64,000 nt of DNA from a virus (IMGVR_UViG_3300050026_000282:13231-77230), one strand, 5' to 3'; positions 7,877 through 16,258 are shown, numbered from the stretch's first letter. The notes: a model not told the origin generated them from the letters alone. Translations and numbers: made by a program.

Positions 7877-8412
7877 TTGCTCTCGAAGTTGAAGAAATAC
7901 CAGCGCTTCATCAGGTCGATCTCCAGGTCCCGGTCGATATGCTGGAGGTAGTCACACACTTCATCCCAAGTCGAGAAGATGGTCTCGTGCGGGATCATTC
8001 CGAAGAGCCAGCCAGGAGCACACTTCTTCCCCTGCTCGACGTGGACGATGATCGGTTTCTTCGACCGGTTGGCCGTGGTGATCTCTTCGATGGTGCCGAA
8101 CGCATAGACTTCCGTGTCGATGTTGACAATGAGGAAGTCGGTGATGTCAACCAGTCGGAGATCAACGCAGCGAATCTCTTTCACGGCCCGGCAGACTTCG
8201 TTGTAGTCGCCGCGCTCTTTCGCCGCGTTCAGCTTGGCCCGGCTCTCCGGGTCTTCTTTGGCCATCGTGGTCGGCTTGCAGACCGGGTCGGCCCACAAGA
8301 TGCCCAGCCCGGCCAGGCGGGTCTTGACGTAGTTGCGCCAGCCGGCCCCGCCGTCTGCCGCTCGGTCCATCGCTCCGCATAGATAGCAACGGGTGTTCTT
8401 CAGTCGGTTCAT
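7873..8412 (-). CDS. nucleoside 2-deoxyribosyltransferase-like protein, paralog of 4025..4471
   Basis: Shares the same skeleton as 4025..4471: CYLCGAMDRAADGGAGWRNYVKTRLAGLGILWADP and ...DFLIVNID...FGTIEEITTA..KPIIVHV. Confidence 0.45.
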   Translation of the reverse strand: MNRLKNTRCYLCGAMDRAADGGAGWRNYVKTRLAGLGILWADPVCKPTTMAKEDPESRAKLNAAKERGDYNEVCRAVKEIRCVDLRLVDITDFLIVNIDTEVYAFGTIEEITTANRSKKPIIVHVEQGKKCAPGWLFGMIPHETIFSTWDEVCDYLQHIDRDLEIDLMKRWYFFNFESK

Positions 8413-8588
8413 CGTTGCTCCAGTTCTCTTGCAAGCCAGTTTTCAATGGGCTCTTCGTAGCCGACCGGGTCTTGGTAGTGACGGCTCACCGTGCAGGACG
8501 CCCAGAGTCCGCGAGGGTGGGCGTACTCGATGCGAACAAATCCATCGGGGAGAAACTTAACAGTCCTTTCGCATTGCTTTAGGTACAC
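8409..8588 (-). CDS. possible small ORF (about 59 aa, GTG start)
   Basis: C-terminal part of track ORF 8409..8807, whose upstream part overlaps deoC. Stop is ATGA-coupled to 8412. Confidence 0.2.
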   Translation of the reverse strand: MYLKQCERTVKFLPDGFVRIEYAHPRGLWASCTVSRHYQDPVGYEEPIENWLARELEQR

Positions 8589-9229
8589 GGCAGTAACTCC
8601 AGGAATCTGCTCGACCCGAGTCGCGTGCAGCCCAAGTCGAGATACCGGGCCGCGTCCTCGTAGGTCTTGATCCCACCGCTGGCCTTCACTCCGCACTGGC
8701 CGTTGACAGTCTTGACCATTGTTTCGACAGCCTCGGGCGTTGCATCGCCGGCGAAGCCGGTTGATGTCTTGACGAAGTCCACTCCGAAGTCGATGCAGAT
8801 ATGGCACACTTCACTGATTTGCGTTCTGCTATAAAAGCTCGTTTCGAGAATGGCCTTGACCAGGATGCGGTCGCGGTGAGCCCCGGCCACGATCAGACCG
8901 AGTTCGTTGAACAAGGGCCGGCTGTCTCCGTCGAGGAACCGGCCATAGTTGAGGACCATGTCCAGTTCTTGTGCCCCGTCTTGGATCGCGGTAGCAGCTT
9001 CGTAGAGCTTCGCTTCCGGCGTCGTATTTCCGTTCGGGAAGCCAATGACGCAACTGACGTTGCGGAATAGGTTCGCCGCCAGACTCACGTACACTGGTGA
9101 GACACAGACTGACTTGATCTTGTGCGCGTTCGCCAAGGCACAGGCACGCGCCACATCATTGGCCGTGGCGGTCGGCTTGAGTACAGCGAGATCAAGGGCG
9201 GCTGCAATTTGCTCTTTACTATGACTCAT
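8579..9229 (-). CDS. deoC: deoxyribose-phosphate aldolase
   Basis: DLAVLKPTAT, GFPNG, KLYEAATAIQDGAQELDMV, catalytic-Lys region VKAILET...FVKTSTGF, VKASGGIKT, RLGSS. Confidence 0.85.
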   Translation of the reverse strand: MSHSKEQIAAALDLAVLKPTATANDVARACALANAHKIKSVCVSPVYVSLAANLFRNVSCVIGFPNGNTTPEAKLYEAATAIQDGAQELDMVLNYGRFLDGDSRPLFNELGLIVAGAHRDRILVKAILETSFYSRTQISEVCHICIDFGVDFVKTSTGFAGDATPEAVETMVKTVNGQCGVKASGGIKTYEDAARYLDLGCTRLGSSRFLELLPCT

Positions 9230-9377
9230 AACCTTGGAACCTTTTCTGTTTAGGTGCGTCTTCGGGATTCTCTTTCGCCATCCGGCGATGCAACCGGTTG
9301 AGTTGCTTCTTCACCCACTTGCGGAATCCGTTGTGACTCTTCCATGTTCCGTCAAGCTGACCTTTGTACGTCGCCAT
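9219..9377 (-). CDS. small basic protein (52 aa)
   Basis: Read by hand from the sequence: MATYKGQLDGTWKSHNGFRKWVKKQLNRLHRRMAKENPEDAPKQKRFQGYES; GGAG RBS; 11-nt overlap with deoC start. Confidence 0.3.
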   Translation of the reverse strand: MATYKGQLDGTWKSHNGFRKWVKKQLNRLHRRMAKENPEDAPKQKRFQGYES

Positions 9378-9669
9378 CCAGGTACTCCTCGGGCAGGAAG
9401 TAGTGCGGCTCTAATCCTGCGACGTTGTAAATGATGATCTCGTTGTGGAACTCCACGCCCTCGAAGATGTCCAAGGGCAGCGACATGATGCTCGTTATCT
9501 TGGCCCCGCAATCTCGCAGCCATCGCCAGCGCTTACTCTTCCGACGCTGGTTCAAACGGAAGCCCATCGGGACGAACAGGGCGACAGGAATGTCTTTGCC
9601 GAACAACTCGATGATGTGCTCCAGGAACACCTCGGGATATAATCGCTTGCCGGGCGCGCCGTTGAAGGG
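9352..9669 (-). pseudogene. C-terminal fragment of an N6-adenine methyltransferase gene split by the RIT element
   Basis: Minus strand from 9669 reads (P)PFNGAPGKRLYPEVFLEH... The upstream in-frame stop lies inside the element IR. Confidence 0.6.
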
Positions 9670-9698
9670 CGGGTTTTATGTGGCGCATTCAGTTATGT
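9670..9698. repeat. RIT terminal inverted repeat, left copy (reverse complement of ACATAACTGAATGCGCCACATAAAACCCG)
   Basis: Perfect 29/29 match to the reverse complement of 13035..13063. Confidence 0.8.
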
Positions 9699-9766
9699 GG
9701 CGTCCAGCACGAATCGCCAGCGATTTAAGGGATCGTTACTGTGCTGAACGCCACATAATGCGTGTC

Positions 9767-10825
9767 CTACAGGGTTCGCAGAAACTCCATGAGTCCTGGA
9801 TTCTTACGCCACGGCTTCTTCGGTGTGCCATCCTTGATTTCGCACTTTGCAAGCGCTTTGGCCTTCATTTCCAGATCGACCTCCGCATACACATTGGTCG
9901 TACTGAGACACACATGACCCAGCCAGGCTCGAATCGTGTTGATGTCCACGCGGGCTCGAAGCAAGTGGGTCGCGGTCGTGTGGCGAATCGTGTGGGGACT
10001 GACACGTTTCTTCGCCATCGACGGCAGTTTCGTTGCCACCTGAGCGGCGTACCGTTCGACCAGCGCATGAATCCCGAATCGCGTGAGCGGCTGCCCACGC
10101 CGGTTGAGGAAGACATGCTGGCATTCACCACGACGGTCAATGAGAGGTCGCAATTCGTCAACCGTCTTTGGCCACAGCGGACAACGGCGGGGCTTGTTTC
10201 CCTTTCCGTGGATGAGAACGGACGAGGAGTCGCGGTTGGATGCCACACCGAGGTCGAGGTCGCCGATCCGTACTTGGGCTACCTCGTCGGCCCGAGCACC
10301 AGTGTTGTACATAAACAGAAGTATCGCGTAGTCCCGACGGCCTTGGGCAGTGCGACAGTCGGGCGCTTTCCGCAACGCATCCATCTCGTCCTTTTCCAAG
10401 TACCCGACCAGCGGTCGCGCGACCTTCTTCGACGCGATGCTCTGAATCTGACCGACCCATTCCAGGTGTTCCGGGCCGTGCTGACCGATGAATCGCGCCA
10501 AGGAACGAATCGCAGCGAGACGCTGATTTCGTGTGGAAATCCCGCAACCGTGAGTTTTTTCCAAGTCTTGGAGAAAAGACCGGGTGCGGGCTGGCGATAC
10601 ATCCACCACAAGAAGTCGCTCGATCCGCCGGTGGGCGGCGCGAGCGACGAACGGCAGGAATTGTAGCAACGCATCCCTATAGCTCTTCTGCGTATTGGGG
10701 GCGAGATTCCGTTCGGCAACGAGGTGCTCCAACAAGAACCGGCGAACCCAGGGGCTAAGCAAATCGGTGTTAGGCATGACGGCGCTCCTTCCCGGCATAG
10801 CGCTCGAAGCGCTGGCTGGCCTCAC
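9767..10825 (-). CDS. ritC: tyrosine recombinase, RitC-like (third of trio)
   Basis: HTIRHTTATHLL (HxxR) and LGHVCLSTTNVYAEV (catalytic Tyr); upstream Arg in TGARADE. Probable real start MPNTDLL at about 10777; the track ORF overlaps ritB by 56 nt. Confidence 0.75.
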   Translation of the reverse strand: MRPASASSAMPGRSAVMPNTDLLSPWVRRFLLEHLVAERNLAPNTQKSYRDALLQFLPFVARAAHRRIERLLVVDVSPARTRSFLQDLEKTHGCGISTRNQRLAAIRSLARFIGQHGPEHLEWVGQIQSIASKKVARPLVGYLEKDEMDALRKAPDCRTAQGRRDYAILLFMYNTGARADEVAQVRIGDLDLGVASNRDSSSVLIHGKGNKPRRCPLWPKTVDELRPLIDRRGECQHVFLNRRGQPLTRFGIHALVERYAAQVATKLPSMAKKRVSPHTIRHTTATHLLRARVDINTIRAWLGHVCLSTTNVYAEVDLEMKAKALAKCEIKDGTPKKPWRKNPGLMEFLRTL

Positions 10826-11705
10826 GAAGAAGCTCGGGCGTCATGCTCAGGTACACCTGCGTGTCCCGCAAGTAGACGTGGCCGAGATAGACTGACAGGT
10901 GATGCAGGAGTCGCTGCACGTCGGCACCTTGCTGATACCAGGAGGTGAGGCGGTGAACGGCGAACGTATGTCGAAAGTCGTGAATTCGCGGTTGCTGGTG
11001 TGTGTCAGTTCGACGGATGCCCGCGTGATTGCACAAAGTTCGGAACTTCGGTTCGAGTCTCCAGTGCCGAACGGGACCGCCTCCCTGTGTCGTGAAGAAG
11101 GGGGCGTCGGCTGGCCGTCTCTTCGGCCGAGTGCGGTCGTACTGAACCAAGACCCGGTTCAGTTGCGGTCCCACGGGAACCAGTCGCGTCTTGCCGAACT
11201 TCGTGTTCCGAATCGTCAGCACGGACCCACGCAAATCCACGTCGGTGCGAGTGAGGTTTGTCGCCTCACAGATACGCAAGCCGGCTCCATAGTACAGCAG
11301 AATCATTGTGCGGATCGTCACCGGCTCCATTGTGCTGGTGCCCTGCGGATAGGACTCGATTACCCGGAGAAGACGGCGGATTTCTTCCTGTGTGTAGATG
11401 TAGGGAACGAAGACCGGCGGACGCTGCGGCATTACGGTCGGAAGAGGGGGCGTAGTGATGTGTCCTCGGCTTGCGGCATATCGGAAGAAGCACCGCAAGC
11501 AGCTCAATCTGGTGAACCACGTCTTGGTCACTGGTCTGGCTTTGCCAAGGAACGCATCCACATGCCGAACGCGAACATTGGCAATGCTGGCTCTCGGGCC
11601 GCGCGTGCGGCCGAAAGCCCGTAGAACTACCGCATCCGAGATGAAGGATGATCCAAGCGACCGTTGATAGGAGATGTACTGCTCGATCAGGCGTTGGAGG
11701 TTCAT
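10770..11705 (-). CDS. ritB: tyrosine recombinase, RitB-like
   Basis: HDFRHTFAVH and LGHVYLRDTQVYL; 311 aa; 4-nt overlap with ritA. Confidence 0.75.
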   Translation of the reverse strand: MNLQRLIEQYISYQRSLGSSFISDAVVLRAFGRTRGPRASIANVRVRHVDAFLGKARPVTKTWFTRLSCLRCFFRYAASRGHITTPPLPTVMPQRPPVFVPYIYTQEEIRRLLRVIESYPQGTSTMEPVTIRTMILLYYGAGLRICEATNLTRTDVDLRGSVLTIRNTKFGKTRLVPVGPQLNRVLVQYDRTRPKRRPADAPFFTTQGGGPVRHWRLEPKFRTLCNHAGIRRTDTHQQPRIHDFRHTFAVHRLTSWYQQGADVQRLLHHLSVYLGHVYLRDTQVYLSMTPELLREASQRFERYAGKERRHA

Positions 11706-12961
11706 AGGACACCTCCCATATCAAAGTCCGCCACCTGACGGAGGCCAACGAGATCGACCTTGGCGTAAATCCGCGTGCTGTCGGGGTCCATGTGCCCCAA
11801 TTGGTCGCCGATCTCCTTGAGTGACAGGCCGGCGGCCAGCAGTCGCGTCGCGCAGGCATGACGCAGGGCATGAGGCCCGTAGTGCGGAAGCGACACGTCC
11901 AGAGATCGCAGGCGTTTAGCAACCACTCCCCATATCGACGAGTTCACCGGCCGAAATGGAGCCCGCAGTGATAGAAACACTTCCCGATGCGATGATCGCG
12001 GTCGCACCTCTTGCAGGTAACGCAGGATGGCATCGCCGACAGATCGTATTAGCGGATAGGTGCGGACCCGTCCCGTCTTAGAAGACACAACGCGGATCAC
12101 CTCATGCTCCCAGTCGAAATCCTCCAGCCGCAGACGGCAGACCTCCCCGCGCCGGAGGCCGTAGATGGCCAGCAGCATCAGTATCGGGCGGTTACGGATG
12201 TTGGACGGCTTGTCGCCTTCAGTCATGGCAAGCAAACGCCGCACATCGTCCCACGACGGCCCCAGTGGCAACGACGCCTGCGAGAAGACCCGTGGATACC
12301 GAATCGACGCCGCCAATCCTTTACGGCACCAGCCCCTCGCTTCTGCATAACGAAAGAAAGCCCGAAGTGAGTCGGCACAACGTATAATCGTCCTTTTTGA
12401 ATAACCTTTTGGTATGAACAACTTCCGAAAGGCCATGTCAAGCCACTGAGGTGTGATCTTGTGCAGGGAATCCTCCTTGACGTGCAGTCGATTGAAGAAC
12501 TGCTTGATCCACCAACAATGATGGACAATGGTCACGGGCGACAGTTGCGCTTCATGCTCCATGTAGTCAGCAAACGCTTTGATCTTGTTCGCCCAAGGAG
12601 TCAACGGAGCAGGTCGCTCTTGCAGACGCCCGATGTACCGAAGCCACCGTATGGCAAGCGGGCAAAGAGAGCAATAGAAGCGGCGTTGGTTGGCTATCAT
12701 GCGTTCCACTTCGGCGAGAGTCAGAACCTTTCGAGGCCGAACGGCCGGTCCAATCGCGTTGGCAATCGCAAGCAGACGACTCGCGTTGACCAGCAAGGTA
12801 CTCCGGGCGTAGCCCTGATTCGCAAGATGCGTCAGGAAGGCAAGCCGCTCTTCCAGCATGGGGCCTTTGCGATAACGCGCGATTGTAATGGGACATTTAT
12901 ACAGTTGATCGAACATAGTCGAACCTCCGGGGAGAAAGGGAAAACAGAACATTCTCCCCAT
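11702..12961 (-). CDS. ritA: tyrosine recombinase, RitA-like (largest of trio)
   Basis: LRRGEVCRL, HALRHACATRLL, LGHMDPDSTRIYAKV; 419 aa with long N-terminal SAM-like/core-binding region. Confidence 0.75.
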   Translation of the reverse strand: MGRMFCFPFLPGGSTMFDQLYKCPITIARYRKGPMLEERLAFLTHLANQGYARSTLLVNASRLLAIANAIGPAVRPRKVLTLAEVERMIANQRRFYCSLCPLAIRWLRYIGRLQERPAPLTPWANKIKAFADYMEHEAQLSPVTIVHHCWWIKQFFNRLHVKEDSLHKITPQWLDMAFRKLFIPKGYSKRTIIRCADSLRAFFRYAEARGWCRKGLAASIRYPRVFSQASLPLGPSWDDVRRLLAMTEGDKPSNIRNRPILMLLAIYGLRRGEVCRLRLEDFDWEHEVIRVVSSKTGRVRTYPLIRSVGDAILRYLQEVRPRSSHREVFLSLRAPFRPVNSSIWGVVAKRLRSLDVSLPHYGPHALRHACATRLLAAGLSLKEIGDQLGHMDPDSTRIYAKVDLVGLRQVADFDMGGVL

Positions 12962-13034
12962 AGCGTAGCACCTAATTATGTGGTGCAGAAAACGGGCAAA
13001 ATGCTGAAATACGGCTGGAGGAACGAGCTAGACA

Positions 13035-13063
13035 ACATAACTGAATGCGCCACATAAAACCCG
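13035..13063. repeat. RIT terminal inverted repeat, right copy ACATAACTGAATGCGCCACATAAAACCCG
   Basis: Perfect inverted copy of 9670..9698. Confidence 0.8.
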
Positions 13064-13086
13064 TTATGTGGTCCACCACATAACGG
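13061..13086. repeat. 26-bp palindrome CCGTTATGTGGTCCACCACATAACGG at the RIT right junction
   Basis: Two inverted (C)CACATAA half-sites; same 9-mer family as the subterminal GCCACATAA repeats. Confidence 0.6.
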
Positions 13087-13422
13087 GTTGCATAGGACAA
13101 GGTCTGGGCGAGGTAAGTAATTCCACACGATACTCTCGAACTTGCCACGAACGAACTCACTGAGTTTGTTCTTGTAACCACGCTCACGTTGCACTACATC
13201 ACAACCGAACACGGCGCATCCGGCATCCCACCACGGGTCGGTGAGTCTTTGGGTCCCGATTGCAGGATCAAGGACGACCTTGTCGAAGCAGACGCCCCGG
13301 CAGTGCATCGCTGGCCAGAGGATGTCGAACAGGAATCGTGCTACACCAACGGGAGTAAACACGGTGCTGTTCTTTCGGTTGTTGTGGTAGTCGTTGCGAA
13401 CGACGGTTAAAGGACTGGCCAT
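13084..13422 (-). pseudogene. N-terminal fragment of the split N6-adenine methyltransferase (gamma-class, TaqI/Eco57I-like)
   Basis: MASPLTVV...VFTPVGVARFLFDILWP...VLDPAIGTQRLTD...AGCAVFGCDV...DLVLCN. The track ORF then reads through the palindrome and IR (CGGPHNGFYVAHSVM) to a stop at 12976. Confidence 0.6.
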
Positions 13423-13432
13423 CAGTAACTCC

Positions 13433-13582
13433 TCACGTCAGATCAAAGGCATGGGCGATCAGGACAAGCCCGCAGACGCCGACCACGCACGCGATCAGTC
13501 CGTCAATTTGCCAGTAGTGCCAAGCGGACGTTGCACCGACAGCGATAAGGATTCCACAGCACGCTTCAGCGGCTCTCTTCAT
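13433..13582 (-). CDS. small membrane protein (49 aa)
   Basis: Read by hand from the sequence: MKRAAEACCGILIAVGATSAWHYWQIDGLIACVVGVCGLVLIAHAFDLT; ATGA overlap with 13579 stop. Confidence 0.3.
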   Translation of the reverse strand: MKRAAEACCGILIAVGATSAWHYWQIDGLIACVVGVCGLVLIAHAFDLT

Positions 13583-14013
13583 AACGCCTCCACTTTCTTC
13601 ACGAGCGGGTCAACATACGGGTGAAAGTACGGCCAGTAGTCGTGGCAAGCCTCGTGGGCCAGGATCAAGGCCCCTTCGTGGATCGGATAGCCCAGCACTT
13701 CAGGGTCGAGCGTGATACCCGGACAGAAAGGCCAGTTCGCGCCCAGCGTCCTTCCCCGTGGATTCGTCAGCGGCATGACCATGACATCCCACGGTCCAAT
13801 GTGGTTGTAGCGCCGGATGGTGTAGTCCAGCACGTCGCATACTTCCGGGTCGTGGCACGTCAGTCGCAAGACTTTGAGGTGCCGAACGGCCCTATTCAAC
13901 CAAGCCTGCTCTGCATAGCGGTCGCCGCAGCCGGAGTACCACGCACCGAGGAAGAAGGGAAACGAGACAGCGACGAGAATACTGTAAAGAAGGCCGCGTA
14001 AGACACTCCGCAT
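13579..14013 (-). CDS. membrane-anchored HExxH protein (putative metallopeptidase)
   Basis: Internal ATG (MRSVLRGLLYSILVAVSFPFFLGAWYSG) with GAGGTG RBS; ILAHEACHDYW motif. Confidence 0.45.
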   Translation of the reverse strand: MRSVLRGLLYSILVAVSFPFFLGAWYSGCGDRYAEQAWLNRAVRHLKVLRLTCHDPEVCDVLDYTIRRYNHIGPWDVMVMPLTNPRGRTLGANWPFCPGITLDPEVLGYPIHEGALILAHEACHDYWPYFHPYVDPLVKKVEAL

Positions 14014-14021
14014 CAGACACC

Positions 14022-14207
14022 TCACTGATTGATGAAACGGATTGGTTCCCACGATTCAGCGGCGTTGATTAGGCCGCAATAACGCTGCTCGATCTCCGCA
14101 AACTCCAGCCATCGCGTCTCGTGGCCGATGCTCACTGGCCACCACAGGAAGCGGCGGATGATCCGGTGCTGGTCAAGGTATGGTCGTTTTGGGCTGCCGA
14201 ATCTCAC
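14022..14207 (-). CDS. hypothetical protein (61 aa)
   Basis: ORF track; ATGA overlap with 14204 stop. Confidence 0.3.
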   Translation of the reverse strand: MRFGSPKRPYLDQHRIIRRFLWWPVSIGHETRWLEFAEIEQRYCGLINAAESWEPIRFINQ

Positions 14208-14608
14208 GTTGTAATCTCCAACTCGAACTCGTTCGACGAGAACAGGTGCTCAATGACACGCGAGGGCAACTGGAACCGTTTGCCGTTGACCGGGAAGCGA
14301 TCAATCGGCTTGCCGCGATACAGGAGCACGGCTGACTTCGACAGTGTCGGCCGGTTGTCCGTCTCGGTAAGCTGGTAGCACGAGGCCCGCCGATCCGTCA
14401 CGACGTAGTTGATCTTCCCGTCTCGCCGCAGTTGCCGGAGAATCCGGTCGGGCGAGGCCGGCGCGATCTCGGTGCGGGCGGCGATGTAGGCGTGCAATTC
14501 CTTGATGTAAAAGCGGGTCGTGCCGAACTCCCACCGGGCCTTGACGAACGCTTCGACAAGGTCGGCGATGTTGTTCTTCACGCGGTTGAGTTCTTGTTGC
14601 TGGCTCAT
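14204..14608 (-). CDS. winged-helix-like protein, paralog 1
   Basis: FVKARWEFGTTRFYIKELHAYIAAR...RILRQLRRDGKINYVVTDRRASCYQLTE; same pattern as 14639..14968. Confidence 0.4.
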   Translation of the reverse strand: MSQQQELNRVKNNIADLVEAFVKARWEFGTTRFYIKELHAYIAARTEIAPASPDRILRQLRRDGKINYVVTDRRASCYQLTETDNRPTLSKSAVLLYRGKPIDRFPVNGKRFQLPSRVIEHLFSSNEFELEITT

Positions 14609-14638
14609 CGCACACTCCGGGTAGTAATGATTTGGGGA

Positions 14639-14968
14639 CTAATCAGGTATTTCGCCGTACAACATCGCCCAGAGGATCACAGAGGCAATCTGTCCGCGCT
14701 TGGTCGCTCCAGTAAGTTCGTAGTACGACGTTCGGCGGTCCACCGTGTAATAGGTGATTACTCCACACCGACGAAGTATGGGCAGAACGCATTTCGGCAC
14801 GGTTGGGTTGATGGCAATTCGAGAAGAAAGGTAGTCGAGGAGTTCATGGATGTAGAAACGGGGCTTGCCGGACTCTATCCGCTCGTAAACGAAATCTTCG
14901 ATGCTTTCGCCGAGGCTGTTTTCGCCGAGGCGGTCTTCTGCTGTGCTAAGTGGTTTATGTTGTGTCAT
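14639..14968 (-). CDS. winged-helix-like protein, paralog 2
   Basis: Internal ATG with GGAG RBS; FVYERIESGKPRFYIHELLDYLSSR...VLPILRRCGVITYYTVDRRTSYYELTG. Confidence 0.4.
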   Translation of the reverse strand: MTQHKPLSTAEDRLGENSLGESIEDFVYERIESGKPRFYIHELLDYLSSRIAINPTVPKCVLPILRRCGVITYYTVDRRTSYYELTGATKRGQIASVILWAMLYGEIPD

Positions 14969-14972
14969 TGGT

Positions 14973-16067
14973 TTACTCCACGTCTCGCTTCCGCCAGTAA
15001 CGGGCTTCCTTCGGGATGCCATCGTCGGTTAGTTCTCGGTATTTGAACGTGACGGTCTGGCCGACGCGGAAGTGCTTGCCTTGGAAGTAGGCCGGCATGT
15101 CGGCGTCGGGATTCTTAGCGGCCCACGCAAGCATTTCAGGGACTTCAAACTCGCGTTCCTTGTCAGTCAGCCCGGCGACTTTCAGCCGCTTGCCGTCGTA
15201 GTCCACGATGAGTGAGCCGATTTTGCCAAGCAGCCGGCTTCCCTTGTCCGTCTCACGGCCGCTGGTGAATCCGGTGATGGTGCCCTCGGCGTCCTCGAAC
15301 GGCTTCCACTTGAGGATGCCCTTGTGTCGTCGCGGCGTCCAAGTGCTGGTCTGGTCGCGGAGCACGATGCCCTCGCCGCCTTGCTCCAGGGCATGGTCAA
15401 GGAACTCGGCGATCCGCACGCACGCCTTGCCCAGGTCGGACGGCAGCTTCTCTTGTCGGTGCATGTAACAGCAGGACAGCCCGTTGTCCAAGTTCTTCGA
15501 GAGGAAATGCAATTCGTCCTGGAAGATCGAGCCGGGCGGCAGGTAGCGGAAGTCGCCGTCGAACGATTCGAGCCGGTTGCGAATCCAGTGCTCGATGGCA
15601 ATGAAGTCGATGGCCCGGACCATGTTGGCGTTCTTGATCTCGCCGGTGGCAAACAGCGCCGACAGTGAGGGGCTGCTATAAACGGCATATTCGATGCAAT
15701 CGAACCGGGGATCAGGCGTGTCGCCGCTACAGATCGACCGACAGAGTTGAAACTTGCCCCGCCCGGCCCACAACTCGCCGTCCAACGGACAGCATGGAAG
15801 CTGGTTCAGGAACGAGTCCGGTGCGATGATCGGGTTGCCGTAGCGGCTCCACAAACCTGTGGAGACGGGCTTGATCTTGGCCTTCCGCTCACCCGTCTTG
15901 GGGTCGATGATCGACGCCCAAGGTACGTCCTCGGTCCTCATACCACGGCTGAGGCCGCCGTCCCAGAAGCACCGAGTTCCGTCCAGCTTCTCACTGAGAA
16001 GCCAGCCGGTGATGTCGTGCTTCGCAGGTTTGTAGTGGTCGGCGAGTTGCAGGAATTCACGACGCAT
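14973..16067 (-). CDS. ATP-dependent DNA ligase
   Basis: Nucleotidyltransferase motif I LSEKLDGTRCFWDGG (KxDGxR), followed by an OB-like C-terminal region. Internal ATG (MRREFLQLADHYKP) with AAGGA RBS taken as start. Confidence 0.7.
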   Translation of the reverse strand: MRREFLQLADHYKPAKHDITGWLLSEKLDGTRCFWDGGLSRGMRTEDVPWASIIDPKTGERKAKIKPVSTGLWSRYGNPIIAPDSFLNQLPCCPLDGELWAGRGKFQLCRSICSGDTPDPRFDCIEYAVYSSPSLSALFATGEIKNANMVRAIDFIAIEHWIRNRLESFDGDFRYLPPGSIFQDELHFLSKNLDNGLSCCYMHRQEKLPSDLGKACVRIAEFLDHALEQGGEGIVLRDQTSTWTPRRHKGILKWKPFEDAEGTITGFTSGRETDKGSRLLGKIGSLIVDYDGKRLKVAGLTDKEREFEVPEMLAWAAKNPDADMPAYFQGKHFRVGQTVTFKYRELTDDGIPKEARYWRKRDVE

Positions 16068-16245
16068 GGTGGGGTCCTTGACGGAAGCCTTCCAGGAAAA
16101 GTACGGGGTCGTTAGCTCGCAACTGCCGTAGGCTATTCCGGCAGTCGTTGTCTTCCTCGCAATGGACGAGGAAGCTGGCGACCTTGTCCAAATGGACGGC
16201 ACCCGCTTTGAACGCAATCTCTTTCGCACGGTTGTAAGTAATCAT
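16057..16245 (-). CDS. hypothetical protein (62 aa)
   Basis: ORF track. Confidence 0.3.
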   Translation of the reverse strand: MITYNRAKEIAFKAGAVHLDKVASFLVHCEEDNDCRNSLRQLRANDPVLFLEGFRQGPHHAS

Positions 16246-16258
16246 TCAGGTGTCCTTT

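Larger units (their letters stand above)
9670..13083 (-). mobile_element. RIT (recombinase-in-trio) element: ritA-ritB-ritC with terminal inverted repeats
   Basis: Three consecutive overlapping same-strand tyrosine recombinase genes bounded by perfect 29-bp IRs. The right boundary may be 13063 or 13083, depending on whether the extra 20 bp belong to the element. Confidence 0.8.

Noticed and set aside
9431-10666. 411-aa plus-strand ORF across the RIT region
   Set aside because: Antisense to ritC and ritB; R/G-rich shadow-frame composition typical of high-GC DNA; no motifs.
13057-13063. 6-bp AACCCG at both RIT junctions as a target-site duplication
   Set aside because: One copy is part of the perfect 29-bp IR itself. 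Only the 4-bp CGGG (9670-9673 / 13084-13087) can be argued as a junction repeat, and tyrosine recombinases need not duplicate target sequence.
13394-13624. 76-aa plus-strand ORF
   Set aside because: Overlaps the ATGA-coupled minus-strand small membrane ORF and the HExxH gene end; the minus-strand reading is better supported.
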